This document shows positions 38,007-48,267 of a stretch of 64,000 nucleotides of DNA, piece after piece. Source of the stretch: Gemmatimonadales bacterium (GTDB lineage: Bacteria; Gemmatimonadota; Gemmatimonadetes; Gemmatimonadales; GWC2-71-9); assembly GCA_037189525.1 (NCBI GenBank), contig JBBCJC010000003.1, positions 608,001 through 672,000 on the forward strand, written 5' to 3'. Under the pieces are notes generated by a model. That model saw nothing but the letters and a program-made list of their open reading frames with translations. It was not told the origin of the DNA and did no database searches. Every line of letters starts with the position of its first letter. Positions within the stretch are counted from its first letter, which is position 1. The position numbers and the translations under genes are program-made.

Positions 38007-39800
38007 ATGGCGAAAGATCCTGCCGTCGAGACGGCCCTGCGAACTCACCGTGCTGGTTCCCTCAATCGATCCCACCTCGGAGCAACCGTTCGTCTGGCTG
38101 GCTGGGTGCATCGCCGACGGGACCTGGGTGGGCTGATTTTCATCGACCTCCGTGACCGGGACGGCGTGGTGCAGCTGTCCCTGAGCCCCGACTGGACTTC
38201 GCCGGAGGTCATGGCGCGGGCCGCCTCGGCCGGGGCGGAGACGGTCGTGCTGGCCACCGGACGGGTCGAGCTTCGCCCCAACCCGGCTCGCGATGAAACG
38301 ATGACGTCTCGGGAGGTCGAGGTCTATGTCACGGATCTCATCATCGTCGGTCCGGCTGAGACGCCGATCATTCCGGTGGCGCGCAAAGAGAACGAGGAGC
38401 TGGCGGCCGAAGATCTCCGGCTCAAGCATCGGGTTCTCGATCTGCGGCGCCCGGAACTCACCGCCAATCTGATCATGCGCCACCGGTTGGCGCAGCGGGC
38501 GCGCCAGACCCTCAGCGATCTGGGTTTTCTCGAGGTCGAGACGCCGATCCTCACCAAGCCCACCCCCGAAGGTGCGCGCGACTACCTGGTGCCGTCTCGT
38601 GTCCACCCGGGGGAGTTCTATGCGCTGCCCCAGTCGCCCCAGATCTACAAGCAGCTGCTGATGGTGGCCGGGTATGATCGGTACTTCCAGATCGCGCGCT
38701 GTTTCCGGGATGAAGATCTCCGTGCCGACCGCCAGCCCGAGTTTACCCAGATCGACCTCGAAGCGTCGTTTGTCGACGCCGAGGACGTGATGGGGTACAT
38801 CGAAGCGGTGCTGGTGGCGCTGTGGGACGAATCGGGGCACACCATTCCGCGTCCGTTCCTTCGGTTGTCGCACGCGGAGGCTATGGAGCGCTACGGCATC
38901 GACAAGCCCGACCTGCGATTTGGCCTCGAGCTGGCGGACTACACCGCGGCGCTCGGGGACGATCGTGCCCCGTTTCTCGCGGACGCCGGCCGGAACGGCA
39001 TCCGTTTCCGCGGCATGCTCGTGCCGGGAGCGGTCGCGCTTGCTCGGAAGGACTTCGACGCTCTGACGGTGGTGGCCAAGAGCGCCGGGGCGACCGGACT
39101 GGTCTGGCTCAAGCGCGGGGCCGAGGGCTGGGAAGGCCAGGGGGCCAAGGCCGTAGGGGCGTCGTTCGCGACGACGCTTGCCGGGCAACCGGGCGATGTC
39201 TTCCTCGCCGCGGTTGGTGCGGATGGGGTGACGTCGCCGGCCTTGCATGCGGTGCGCATGGCCGTGATCCAGCGATTGAATCTCACGCCGACCACCCCGC
39301 ACGCGTTCCTGTGGGTGGTGGATTTCCCGCTCTTCGAGCCCGATCCGGAAACCGGGAAGCACATCTTCGTGCATCACCCGTTCACGTCGCCGCACCCCGA
39401 CGACATTCCGTTTTTGGAAACCGATCCGGGCCGTTGCCGCGCGATTCACTACGACGCCGTGTACAACGGGAACGAACTGGGCAGCGGATCGATCCGTATC
39501 ACGGACCCGGTCCTGCAGGCGCGGGTCTTTGCATTGCTCGGCGTGGATGCCGATGAGCAGCGCCGGCGCTTCGGGTTCCTGCTCGATGCGCTGGGAACGG
39601 GGTCGCCGCCGATGGGCGGTTTCGCGATCGGGTTCGACCGGGTCGCGATGTTGCTGGCTGGAGCGACCTCGCTCCGGGATGTGATTGCGTTTCCGAAGAC
39701 GACCGCTGCGCGCGCGCTGTTCGAAGGCGCGCCGACGCCGGTCAATCCTCGTGATCTGGACGCACTGTCGATCGCCGTCGTCGACTCGGCGCGATCGTAG
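38007..39800 (+). CDS. aspS: Aspartate--tRNA ligase
   Basis: RRDLGGLIFIDLRD, TPEGARDY, LPQSPQ, FRDEDLRADRQPEFTQ, ELGSGSIR, VIAFPKT. Confidence 0.97.
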   Translation: MAKDPAVETALRTHRAGSLNRSHLGATVRLAGWVHRRRDLGGLIFIDLRDRDGVVQLSLSPDWTSPEVMARAASAGAETVVLATGRVELRPNPARDETMTSREVEVYVTDLIIVGPAETPIIPVARKENEELAAEDLRLKHRVLDLRRPELTANLIMRHRLAQRARQTLSDLGFLEVETPILTKPTPEGARDYLVPSRVHPGEFYALPQSPQIYKQLLMVAGYDRYFQIARCFRDEDLRADRQPEFTQIDLEASFVDAEDVMGYIEAVLVALWDESGHTIPRPFLRLSHAEAMERYGIDKPDLRFGLELADYTAALGDDRAPFLADAGRNGIRFRGMLVPGAVALARKDFDALTVVAKSAGATGLVWLKRGAEGWEGQGAKAVGASFATTLAGQPGDVFLAAVGADGVTSPALHAVRMAVIQRLNLTPTTPHAFLWVVDFPLFEPDPETGKHIFVHHPFTSPHPDDIPFLETDPGRCRAIHYDAVYNGNELGSGSIRITDPVLQARVFALLGVDADEQRRRFGFLLDALGTGSPPMGGFAIGFDRVAMLLAGATSLRDVIAFPKTTAARALFEGAPTPVNPRDLDALSIAVVDSARS

Positions 39801-39824
39801 TTGCGGACAGAGAAACGGAGCACG

Positions 39825-40778
39825 ATGGCGGACGAGACCGTACAACGTTTCAATACCGAGGGCGCGGATCCGCTGTTGCTGGCGGGGGTCAATGACGCCA
39901 ACCTCGTCGAGTTGGGTCGCATCCTCGGCGTGCGGGCGGCGCTTCGTGGCGATGTCCTGACGGTCAGCGGACCTGCCGAGCAGGTCGAGCGCGCCGGCGC
40001 GGTCGTTCAGGGGTTGGTCGATCTGGTGCGGATGGGTGAAGCGGTGGCGCCGGACATGCTCGTGCGGATGGTGCAGGACGGTACCTTGCCGGCCGACCTG
40101 GCCGCGCCGGGAGAAGGCCGGATCCTGCTGCCCGGGGTTCGCCGCGCCATCCTTCCCAAAACGCAGGGCCAGCGGGACTATCTCGAGGCCATTGCGCAGC
40201 ACGACATCGTCGTCGGGATCGGGCCGGCAGGTACCGGGAAGACGTACCTCGCGGTGGCCAAAGCGGTCGAGGCGCTGGCGCGGAAGCGGGTTCGCCGGAT
40301 CATCCTGGCCCGGCCGGCGGTCGAAGCGGGCGAATCACTCGGGTTCCTGCCGGGCGATCTGCAGGCCAAGGTCGACCCCTACCTGCGGCCGCTCTACGAT
40401 GCGCTCGAAGACATGATGCCGCACGATCGGGTTCAGAAGGCTATCGAAAGCCGAACCATCGAGATCGCGCCGCTCGCGTACATGCGCGGTCGCACGCTGG
40501 CCGATGCGTTCATCATCCTCGATGAAGCCCAGAACGCGACCGGTGCGCAGATGAAGATGTTCCTCACCCGCCTGGGCGTGAACAGCAAGGTCGTGGTGAC
40601 GGGTGACAAGACGCAGATCGATCTCCCCAAGCGTGAAGATTCCGGTCTGGTGCAGATCGAGCGAATCCTGCCGGGAATCGACGGCCTCGCCTTTTGTTAC
40701 CTGACGGAAGCCGACGTGGTCCGCCACCGCCTGGTTCGCGAAATCATTCGTGCCTACGCGGAAGACCAGAGCGGCTGA
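39825..40778 (+). CDS. phoH: PhoH-family ATPase
   Basis: GPAGTGKT, RPAVEAGE.LGFLPG, MRGRTL, DEAQN. Confidence 0.95.
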   Translation: MADETVQRFNTEGADPLLLAGVNDANLVELGRILGVRAALRGDVLTVSGPAEQVERAGAVVQGLVDLVRMGEAVAPDMLVRMVQDGTLPADLAAPGEGRILLPGVRRAILPKTQGQRDYLEAIAQHDIVVGIGPAGTGKTYLAVAKAVEALARKRVRRIILARPAVEAGESLGFLPGDLQAKVDPYLRPLYDALEDMMPHDRVQKAIESRTIEIAPLAYMRGRTLADAFIILDEAQNATGAQMKMFLTRLGVNSKVVVTGDKTQIDLPKREDSGLVQIERILPGIDGLAFCYLTEADVVRHRLVREIIRAYAEDQSG

Positions 40779-40791
40779 GCCGTCCGCGCCC

Positions 40792-41199
40792 GTGACGGTG
40801 CGGGGCAATTACGCCCCGCTCTCGCTGCGCAGAGTCGTGGCTGCGGTCCGGCTGGTATTGGAGCGGGAGCGGCTACCGGCGGTGGTGGCCGTCACCTTTC
40901 TCGGGCCGACCAGGATGCGGGAGCTCAATCACCGCTGGAAGGGGCACGATCGTCCGACGGACGTTCTGGCCTTTGCCTTGCCGCAGCAGGACGGTAGCCT
41001 GGTTGGTGATATCTACATCTGCCGCGCGGTGGCCCAGCGGGAGGCGGCCGCGCGGGGCCTGCCGCTCCGCGAAGAATTGCTGCGGCTGGTCGTTCACGGA
41101 ACGCTGCATGTCGCAGGCTACGATCACCCGGAAGATGAGCGCCGGGTTCGGTCTCCGATGTGGCGTAGACAGGAGCGATATCTCGCGTGTCTGGTCTGA
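40792..41199 (+). CDS. ybeY: rRNA maturation endoribonuclease
   Basis: PTDVLAF, GDIYI, HGTLHVAGYDH; start uncertain. Confidence 0.92.
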   Translation: MTVRGNYAPLSLRRVVAAVRLVLERERLPAVVAVTFLGPTRMRELNHRWKGHDRPTDVLAFALPQQDGSLVGDIYICRAVAQREAAARGLPLREELLRLVVHGTLHVAGYDHPEDERRVRSPMWRRQERYLACLV

Positions 41200-42395
41200 T
41201 CGCTGCTTTGCAACTCGGTGTCGCTCCGCTGCTCGCGGGGATGTTCACCTTGTGGGCGGCCCTGATCGGCCTCGCGTCCGAGGGCGACATCGGGTTGCCT
41301 CGGTTGCTGGCGCCCAGCGGGACCGCGGAACCGGGTCGGTTGTCGCCGGCGCGGGCCCTGCACGTAACCCACCTGGCGCTGATGATGATCGCGGCGTTCT
41401 TCGCCGGGCTGGCGCTCGCCTGGTGGGCATGGCCGTTCCCGCAGGCGCTGGTCAGGCTGGCGCTCGCCGTCCTGTTCGTTTGGGTCGTCAGTGATCTGTT
41501 GCCGCGCCTCTGGGCCAGCAACGAACCGGACCTGGTCCGGGTCGACGGTCGGATTGCCACCGCAACCTTGACGCTTCTGGCGCCGCTCCTCCGCTTCGTG
41601 GCCTGGGCCGATCGCGGTGGGCGTCCGCTCGACGAACTTCCCTCGGCCCGTCGCTCGGCCACTGATGTCCGCGATCGCCTCTCGGGCGTGTTCAGCTTGC
41701 GTGACATGACGGTCGAAGAGGTGATGACGCCGCGGATGGATGTCTTTACCGTCGATCTCTCGGCCACCGGTGCGCAGCTGCTCGATACCCTCAGGGCTGC
41801 CGAACACTCCCGCCTCGTGGTGGTCGACGGCGACCCGGACAATGTCGTCGGCGTGATCTATGCGAAAGACCTGCTGGCCAGTCCGGGGCATCGCGAGGCG
41901 TCCGATTGGCACTCGCTGGTGCGCCAGGTCGAGTTCGTGCCCGAAGCCAAACGTCTCGATCGCCAGCTGCGCGACTTCCAGCGAGGTGGGGCGCACCTGG
42001 TGGTCGTCGTAGACGAGTTTGGCGGAACGGCCGGGATCGTGACGCTCGAGGACGTACTCGAACAGATCGTCGGCGAAATCCAGGACGAGTACGATACCGA
42101 CGAGGCCGTGCCAATCCAGCACACGCCGGAAGGCGCCTGGATCGTCCAGGGCAGTGTGCCGCTCGCCGAGTTGGAGACGGAGCTGGATCATCAGTTCGAC
42201 CGCGAAGATGTCGGCACGGTGGGTGGGTTGGTCCTCGCCCTGGTGGGTCGTGTCCCTCGCGCCGGCGATTCGCTGGTGGCCGGCGAGTACGTTCTGACGA
42301 TCGATCAGGTGGCCCGGCGCCGGGTGCGGCGGGTGACGGTGCGGAAGATTCTGGCGGCGCCCGCGACGACGCCATCCGAGGAGGCCGGCGCGTGA
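41187..42395 (+). CDS. CorC/HlyC-family CBS-pair membrane protein
   Basis: TM N-terminus, VMTPR, HSRL, VDEFGGTAGIVTLEDVLEQIVGEIQDE, TVGG. Confidence 0.9.
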   Translation: MSGLIAALQLGVAPLLAGMFTLWAALIGLASEGDIGLPRLLAPSGTAEPGRLSPARALHVTHLALMMIAAFFAGLALAWWAWPFPQALVRLALAVLFVWVVSDLLPRLWASNEPDLVRVDGRIATATLTLLAPLLRFVAWADRGGRPLDELPSARRSATDVRDRLSGVFSLRDMTVEEVMTPRMDVFTVDLSATGAQLLDTLRAAEHSRLVVVDGDPDNVVGVIYAKDLLASPGHREASDWHSLVRQVEFVPEAKRLDRQLRDFQRGGAHLVVVVDEFGGTAGIVTLEDVLEQIVGEIQDEYDTDEAVPIQHTPEGAWIVQGSVPLAELETELDHQFDREDVGTVGGLVLALVGRVPRAGDSLVAGEYVLTIDQVARRRVRRVTVRKILAAPATTPSEEAGA

Positions 42396-43597
42396 TCTGG
42401 GCCGTCGTCGCCGTCGGGTTTGTCCTCACCGTGTTCGGAGCGGCCGCCTCGGCTGCGCTGATCACCGTCAGTCGGGCCGATCTGGCCGATGCGGTGTCGC
42501 GCCGGCTTCGTGGGGCGTCGGAATCGCTCGATTGGCTCCGCGATGCCGAGCGGGAACTGGCCGCCGCGACGACCACCACGGGCCTTGGGATTGCCGTGTT
42601 GGCAGTCGGCTTGTCCGGCCTGGTCGATTGGATCACCGGCGACCTGCCGCTCTGGGGCGTCCTGGTCCTGTTGCTGGGCGTCGCGCTGCCGTTCGTGTTG
42701 ATGAGCGGGTATGTGTTGCCCCGCTGGCTTACCGCACAACGCGCCAGCCGCGCAGCCGATCTGTTCCGGCCGATCCTCCGGCCCTGGTCGCGGTTCGTCG
42801 CCTGGGTCCTGCCGGAACTGAAGAAGCGTCCCGTAGCCGATGTCCGCGCGCTCTGGCGTGAAGGCGCGGCGGGAGCGCTCACGGAAACCGACGAGCTGGT
42901 GATGGTCAGTAACGTGATCACCTTTGCGGAGCGACCGATTCGCGAAGTGATGACGCCGCGCACCAATCTTGCCGCGATTCCGGAAGGCGCCCAGTACGAC
43001 GAGATCCACGCTGCCTTCGTGCAGAGCGGTTACAGCCGGCTGCCGGTCTATCGGGGCACCATCGATGACATCGTCGGCATGGTCCACGTCTTCGATCTCT
43101 TCAAGATGATGCCGACCGAGCCGGTCCCGGTGCGTCCGGTCGGCGCCGCGCCGGCCAGTCGGACCTCAGGCGACGTCCTCCTCGACATGCAGCGCGAACG
43201 GCGCCACCTGACCATCGTGCTGGACGAGTTCGGGGGGACGCTGGGCATCGTGACGCTGGAAGATCTGCTGGAGGCCATGGTCGGCGAGATCTTCGACGAG
43301 AACGACGAAACGGGCGAGCGACGGATTCCGTCGGGTGCGCTGCCGCTCGAAACCGACGGCGGCGCGAGTCTCGAACAGATCGAAAGCCGCTTCGGTGTTG
43401 TCCTGCCGGACGGCCCCTCCCGTTCGATCGGCGGCCGGTTGGTCGAGCTCCTGGGACGATTCCCCCGTGCCGGGGAGCGGCTGCGCCTTCGCGGGCTCGA
43501 GTTCGACATCATTGCCGTGTCGCCCACCCGGATCGACCGCCTCGTCGTCCGGCGGATCGGGGCCGATCCCATCACCCTCGACGCCTCTGGATCGTGA
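42392..43597 (+). CDS. CNNM/CorC-family CBS-pair membrane protein (second paralogue)
   Basis: TM N-terminus, VMTPR, YSRLPVY, LDEFGGTLGIVTLEDLLE.MVGEI. Confidence 0.9.
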   Translation: MIWAVVAVGFVLTVFGAAASAALITVSRADLADAVSRRLRGASESLDWLRDAERELAAATTTTGLGIAVLAVGLSGLVDWITGDLPLWGVLVLLLGVALPFVLMSGYVLPRWLTAQRASRAADLFRPILRPWSRFVAWVLPELKKRPVADVRALWREGAAGALTETDELVMVSNVITFAERPIREVMTPRTNLAAIPEGAQYDEIHAAFVQSGYSRLPVYRGTIDDIVGMVHVFDLFKMMPTEPVPVRPVGAAPASRTSGDVLLDMQRERRHLTIVLDEFGGTLGIVTLEDLLEAMVGEIFDENDETGERRIPSGALPLETDGGASLEQIESRFGVVLPDGPSRSIGGRLVELLGRFPRAGERLRLRGLEFDIIAVSPTRIDRLVVRRIGADPITLDASGS

Positions 43598-44931
43598 AGA
43601 ACGCCGCCGAGGAAACGCTGGCGCTCTGGCGCGCGGGCCGGGTCGAGGATTTCCTGGCCCGGGCCGGCGAACTCGACCCTGCGGACCTTGCGGACGTGCT
43701 GGCGGCCGCCGGCGACGAGGAGCGGATCGCGATCGTCAAGCGGTTGCCGGCTTCCCAGTCGGGGTCGGCACTGTGGGAAATGCCGTCGGAGGAGCACGCA
43801 GGGGAGACGCTCGCGGCCCTGGAGCCCGCGCAAGCGGCCGGGATCGTCGAGGAACTGCCGGATGACGATGCTGCCGACCTGCTGGCCGACCTCGAGCCCG
43901 AAGACCGGGCCCGGATCCTGGCGCACGTCGGCGATCCCGAGCAGCGGGATGAAGTCGTCGAACTGCTGCAGTACGATTCGGAGTCGGCCGGTGGTCTGAT
44001 GACGACCCGGGTCGTCACGGTCCTGGAGTCGGCGACGGTGGCGCAGGCGCTCGACGAAATCCGGCAGCAGGCCGAAGAGGTCGAAGAGTTTTCCGAAGCC
44101 TATGTGGTGACGCCGCTCGGGCGGCTGGTCGGCATCATGACCTTCAAACGCCTGGTATTGTCGGCTCCCGGCCTCCCGGTTCGGGAGGCGATGGAAGAGC
44201 AGGAGGTCACGGTTCGACCCGAAACCGACCAGGAGGAAGTCGCGCGGCTGATGGCGCGATACAACGTGTCGAGTATGCCGGTCGTGTCGGCCGACGACCG
44301 GTTGCTCGGACGGATCACCTTCGACGACGTGCTGGACGTCGGCGAGGCCGAGGCCACCGAGGACCTGCTGCGCTTCGGCGGCGTCTCGGCAGACGAAGAC
44401 CTGCGGGCCGGCTGGACGGAAGCGGTGCGGAGCCGACTCCCCTGGCTGCTCGTCAACATGGTCACCGCATACGTGGCGGCCATGGTCCCCCTCTATTTCG
44501 ATCGCACAATCGAGCGGATCAGCTTCGTCGCCGCCTACATGGGCATGGTGGCCGGGATGGGCGGCAACACCGGGACGCAGGCCCTGGCAGTCAACGTCCG
44601 CCGGTTGGCCCTGGGGCTGATCGATTTCAATCAGTTCGGCAGCGTAATCCGCAAGGAACTGGCGGTCGGCGCGGTCAACGGCCTGGTCGTCGGCATTCTC
44701 GCGGGCACCGGGGCCGGTCTGATCCAGCGGAACGCCTTGTTCGGGCTGGCCGTGTTCATCACGATGAACGCGAACCTGATCGTTGCCGGCTTTGCGGGCG
44801 CCTTCATTCCGCTCCTGCTCAAGCGGGTGGGTGTGGACCCGGCGTTGGCTTCGTCGGTGTTCGTGACCACGCTCACCGATATCTGCGGCTTCTTCCTCCT
44901 GCTCGGCCTGTCGACCGCGCTCCTGCTCTGA
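43594..44931 (+). CDS. mgtE: Magnesium transporter MgtE
   Basis: SAGGLMT, CBS pair, RLPWL, MGGNTGTQ, DPALAS..VTTLTD. Confidence 0.95.
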   Translation: MKNAAEETLALWRAGRVEDFLARAGELDPADLADVLAAAGDEERIAIVKRLPASQSGSALWEMPSEEHAGETLAALEPAQAAGIVEELPDDDAADLLADLEPEDRARILAHVGDPEQRDEVVELLQYDSESAGGLMTTRVVTVLESATVAQALDEIRQQAEEVEEFSEAYVVTPLGRLVGIMTFKRLVLSAPGLPVREAMEEQEVTVRPETDQEEVARLMARYNVSSMPVVSADDRLLGRITFDDVLDVGEAEATEDLLRFGGVSADEDLRAGWTEAVRSRLPWLLVNMVTAYVAAMVPLYFDRTIERISFVAAYMGMVAGMGGNTGTQALAVNVRRLALGLIDFNQFGSVIRKELAVGAVNGLVVGILAGTGAGLIQRNALFGLAVFITMNANLIVAGFAGAFIPLLLKRVGVDPALASSVFVTTLTDICGFFLLLGLSTALLL

Positions 44932-45039
44932 CCCGGGGCCGAGCCGGCAAAAAGCGGTTCGCGCCGGGCGAAATTCGCTCGTAATTCGTGGCCTGGCAGC
45001 AACTTGCGGTCGGTCCCCCGGGGTGCGACTTTGCTGGGT

Positions 45040-46077
45040 ATGGATGTGACGCCGCTCCTCGCCGACCTTTCCTTGTCCAGGCCTGCCGTCCTGGCCCGCG
45101 CCATCTCGATCGTCGAAAACGGCCGGCCGGGTTTCGAGCAACTGCTGGGATCGATCCACGCCAAACTCGGCCGGGCCCACCGCATCGGGATCACGGGGCC
45201 GCCGGGAGCGGGCAAGTCGACCCTGACGCATCAGCTGGCGGCGCACTACCGCAAGCAGGGACTGACCGTCGCCATCGTGGCCGTCGACCCGACCAGTCCG
45301 TTCACCGGTGGCGCGCTGCTCGGCGACCGGATCCGGATGGAGCAGGTGGCGCTCGATCCGGGCGTATTCATTCGCTCGATGGCCACGCGCGGTTCGTTAG
45401 GCGGACTCGCCACGACTACGCGGGAAGCGTGTGATGTGCTCGATGCCGCGGGCTTCGATCGGATCCTGATCGAGACGGTCGGTGTCGGTCAGTCCGAACT
45501 CGATGTCGCCAAGATGGCCGATACCACGGTGCTGGTGCTCGTGCCGGAATCCGGCGACGGCATCCAGACGCTCAAGTCGGGCGTGATGGAAATTGCCGAC
45601 GTGTTCGTGGTCAACAAGGCGGACCGGCCGGGGGCAGGGAAGTTGCAGATGGAAATCGACGTGACCCTGGGAATTCGGAAGGGTAACGCGTTCCGTCGCA
45701 TCCGGTCGCACCACGGCGCGTCGCTGCGGTCGGTCGGCGCAGTCGAGCCCGCGCCCGATGCGCCGCCGGCGTGGGAACCGCCGGTGCTGCTCGCCACCGC
45801 GGCGGAGGGCACCGGAATTCCCGAGGTGGCCGAAGCCATTGGCCGGCATCTGACGAACATGGAAACGACGGGGGAATTGGCGACCCGACGACGGCGGCGG
45901 TTGCTGCTGCGCGCGAAGGAGGTCGTCAGTCGCGCGGTCGAACGCTGGATCTGGAACGAATCGGAAACCAACGCCATCATCGAACGGCACACCGACGACA
46001 TGGTGGCCGGTCGGATCAGTCCCTATGACCTGGCGGCCGAGGTGGTCGCCGGGATGAAGGAGGGAGCCCGGGTATGA
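45040..46077 (+). CDS. meaB: MeaB/ArgK G-protein chaperone of B12 mutases
   Basis: GPPGAGKST, VDPTSPFTGGALLGDRIRM, ETVGVGQSE, NKAD. Confidence 0.95.
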   Translation: MDVTPLLADLSLSRPAVLARAISIVENGRPGFEQLLGSIHAKLGRAHRIGITGPPGAGKSTLTHQLAAHYRKQGLTVAIVAVDPTSPFTGGALLGDRIRMEQVALDPGVFIRSMATRGSLGGLATTTREACDVLDAAGFDRILIETVGVGQSELDVAKMADTTVLVLVPESGDGIQTLKSGVMEIADVFVVNKADRPGAGKLQMEIDVTLGIRKGNAFRRIRSHHGASLRSVGAVEPAPDAPPAWEPPVLLATAAEGTGIPEVAEAIGRHLTNMETTGELATRRRRRLLLRAKEVVSRAVERWIWNESETNAIIERHTDDMVAGRISPYDLAAEVVAGMKEGARV

Positions 46078-47789
46078 CGGACACGCATGGACCCTCGGCC
46101 GCGGACCTCGCGGTGCGGCTCGCCGAGCGCGAGCGGGAACTGGCGGCGCTGACGCGCGAAGTGGAGGCCTGGCGCGCCGAGTACGGCCGCTTGCCGCTCA
46201 GGAAAGACGGCAACTTCACCTCGATTTCCGGCCGCAGCGTCGAACCGGTTTACACGCCGGGTGATCTGGTCGATACGCTTGGTTCGGAAGCGACGCTGCC
46301 GGGGCACTTTCCGTTTACCCGGGGCATCCACCCCACGATGTACCGCGGCAAGCTGTGGACCATGCGGCTCTTCGCCGGGTTCGGCACCGCCATCGATACC
46401 AACAAGCGCTACAAGTTCCTGCTGGAGCGCGGTCAGACGGGTCTGTCGGTCGCCTTCGACTTTCCGACTCTGATGGGGTACGACTCCGACCATCCCCGGT
46501 CGGAAGGTGAGGTCGGGAAGTGCGGCGTGGCGATCTCGAGTCTGGCCGACATGGAAACGCTGTTCGACGGGATTCCGCTCGACCAGGTCTCCACCTCGAT
46601 GACGATCAACGGTCCGGCCTCGATGCTCTGGTGTTTCTACCTGGCCGCCGCCGAAAAACAGGGCGTCGACCTCCAGAAGCTGCAGGGCACCGTGCAGAAC
46701 GACATGCTGAAGGAGTATCAGGCGCAGCATGCCTGGCTCTACCCGGTCGAGCACGCCATGAAGATCGTGGTCGACATGTTCGAATGGGGTGCTCGGCACG
46801 CCAGCAAATGGAACACCATTTCGATCTCCGGCTATCACATTCGCGAAGCGGGCGCCACGGCTGCGCAGGAACTGGCGTTTACGCTGGCCAACGGGTTCAG
46901 CTACGTCGAGCACGGGATGGCGCGCGGGCTCGCGGTCGACAGCTTCGCACCGCGTCTCTCCTTCTTCTGGGACGTGCACAACGACTTCTTCGAAGAGATC
47001 GCCAAGATGCGGGCGGCGCGCCGCGTCTGGGCCCGCCGGCTGCGGGATCGCTACGGCGCCCGCGACGATCGCAGCATGAAGATGCGGTTCCATTGCCAGA
47101 CCGCCGGCGTCAGTCTCACGGCTCAGCAGCCGATGAACAACGTGGTGCGGGTTGCCTACCAGGCCATGGCGGCCGTGCTGGGCGGAACCCAGTCGCTCCA
47201 CACCAACGCCTTCGATGAGACGCTGGCTCTCCCGACGGAGGAGTCCGTCAGGATCGCGCTCCGGACCCAGCAGATTCTGGCGTACGAAACCGGCGTCGCA
47301 AACGTGATCGACCCGCTGGGCGGCTCTTACTACATCGAAGCGCTGACCGATGCGATGGAGCGCGAGGCGGAAGGTCTCTTTGCCGAAATCGATGCGCAGG
47401 GTGGCGTCGTCGCGGCCGTCGAGAAGGGCTGGTTCCAGCGCCAGATTGCGGCGTCGGCTTCTCGGTTCCAGGACGAAGTCGATTCGGCGCACCGGCCGGT
47501 GGTCGGCGTCAACACGTTTGTCGAGGAAGAGCCCGATCGCCCACTGGAGTTGCTCCGGATCGGTGCAGAAGCGGACGAAACGCAGCGGGTCCGGCTGGCG
47601 CGGTTGCGCGCCGAGCGGAACACCGAGCAGGTAACCCGCGCGCTCGACACGTTGACGCAGGCCGCGCGCGAGGACCAGAATCTGATTCCGGCCATGCTCG
47701 ATTGCGCCCGCTCCTACTGTACGCTGTACGAGATTCGCTACGCGCTCGAGAAGGTTTACGGCGCCTATCGCGAGCCGGTCTTCTTCTAG
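46074..47789 (+). CDS. icmA: AdoCbl-dependent acyl-CoA mutase large subunit, isobutyryl-CoA mutase type
   Basis: [15 protein letters not shown] (F100), [11 protein letters not shown] (Q218), [12 protein letters not shown]; no B12 domain. Confidence 0.8.
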   Translation: MTDTHGPSAADLAVRLAERERELAALTREVEAWRAEYGRLPLRKDGNFTSISGRSVEPVYTPGDLVDTLGSEATLPGHFPFTRGIHPTMYRGKLWTMRLFAGFGTAIDTNKRYKFLLERGQTGLSVAFDFPTLMGYDSDHPRSEGEVGKCGVAISSLADMETLFDGIPLDQVSTSMTINGPASMLWCFYLAAAEKQGVDLQKLQGTVQNDMLKEYQAQHAWLYPVEHAMKIVVDMFEWGARHASKWNTISISGYHIREAGATAAQELAFTLANGFSYVEHGMARGLAVDSFAPRLSFFWDVHNDFFEEIAKMRAARRVWARRLRDRYGARDDRSMKMRFHCQTAGVSLTAQQPMNNVVRVAYQAMAAVLGGTQSLHTNAFDETLALPTEESVRIALRTQQILAYETGVANVIDPLGGSYYIEALTDAMEREAEGLFAEIDAQGGVVAAVEKGWFQRQIAASASRFQDEVDSAHRPVVGVNTFVEEEPDRPLELLRIGAEADETQRVRLARLRAERNTEQVTRALDTLTQAAREDQNLIPAMLDCARSYCTLYEIRYALEKVYGAYREPVFF

Positions 47790-47817
47790 AGGCTTCCTCA
47801 TGCCAGAAGCTGAAACC

Positions 47818-48225
47818 ATGTCCCGACCCATTCGTGTTCTGGTTGCAAAACCCGGCTTGGATGGCCACGATCGTGGCGCCAAAGTCGTCGCGGCCGCGCT
47901 GCGCGATGCCGGTATGGAGGTGATCTACACCGGGCTTCACCAGACGCCCGAGATGATTGCCACCGCCGCCGTGCAGGAGGACGTCGACGTCGTCGGACTC
48001 TCGATTCTGTCCGGTGCGCACATGACGCTCTTTCCTCGGGTGCGCAAGCTCCTGGTCGAGGCCGGCCGCCCCGACATCCTGGTGACCGGCGGCGGCATCA
48101 TCCCCTCCGACGATGCCGACGAACTGCATCGCCAGGGCATCGGCAAGCTGTTCGGCCCCGGTACTCCGTTGTCCGACTTGGTCGACTACATCAACGGCTG
48201 GGCTGCCGAACACCTCGATCGGTAA
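47818..48225 (+). CDS. icmB: Cobalamin-binding small subunit of acyl-CoA mutase
   Basis: [12 protein letters not shown] (DxHxxG), [14 protein letters not shown]. Confidence 0.88.
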   Translation: MSRPIRVLVAKPGLDGHDRGAKVVAAALRDAGMEVIYTGLHQTPEMIATAAVQEDVDVVGLSILSGAHMTLFPRVRKLLVEAGRPDILVTGGGIIPSDDADELHRQGIGKLFGPGTPLSDLVDYINGWAAEHLDR

Positions 48226-48267
48226 CTTGCCGATCTCCCCATTTTCCGTCGAATCAGGACGATCGTT

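Noticed and set aside
38007..38330. Discriminating vs non-discriminating AspRS call
   Set aside because: RRDLGG hints at discriminating, but the second determinant loop cannot be aligned confidently by eye
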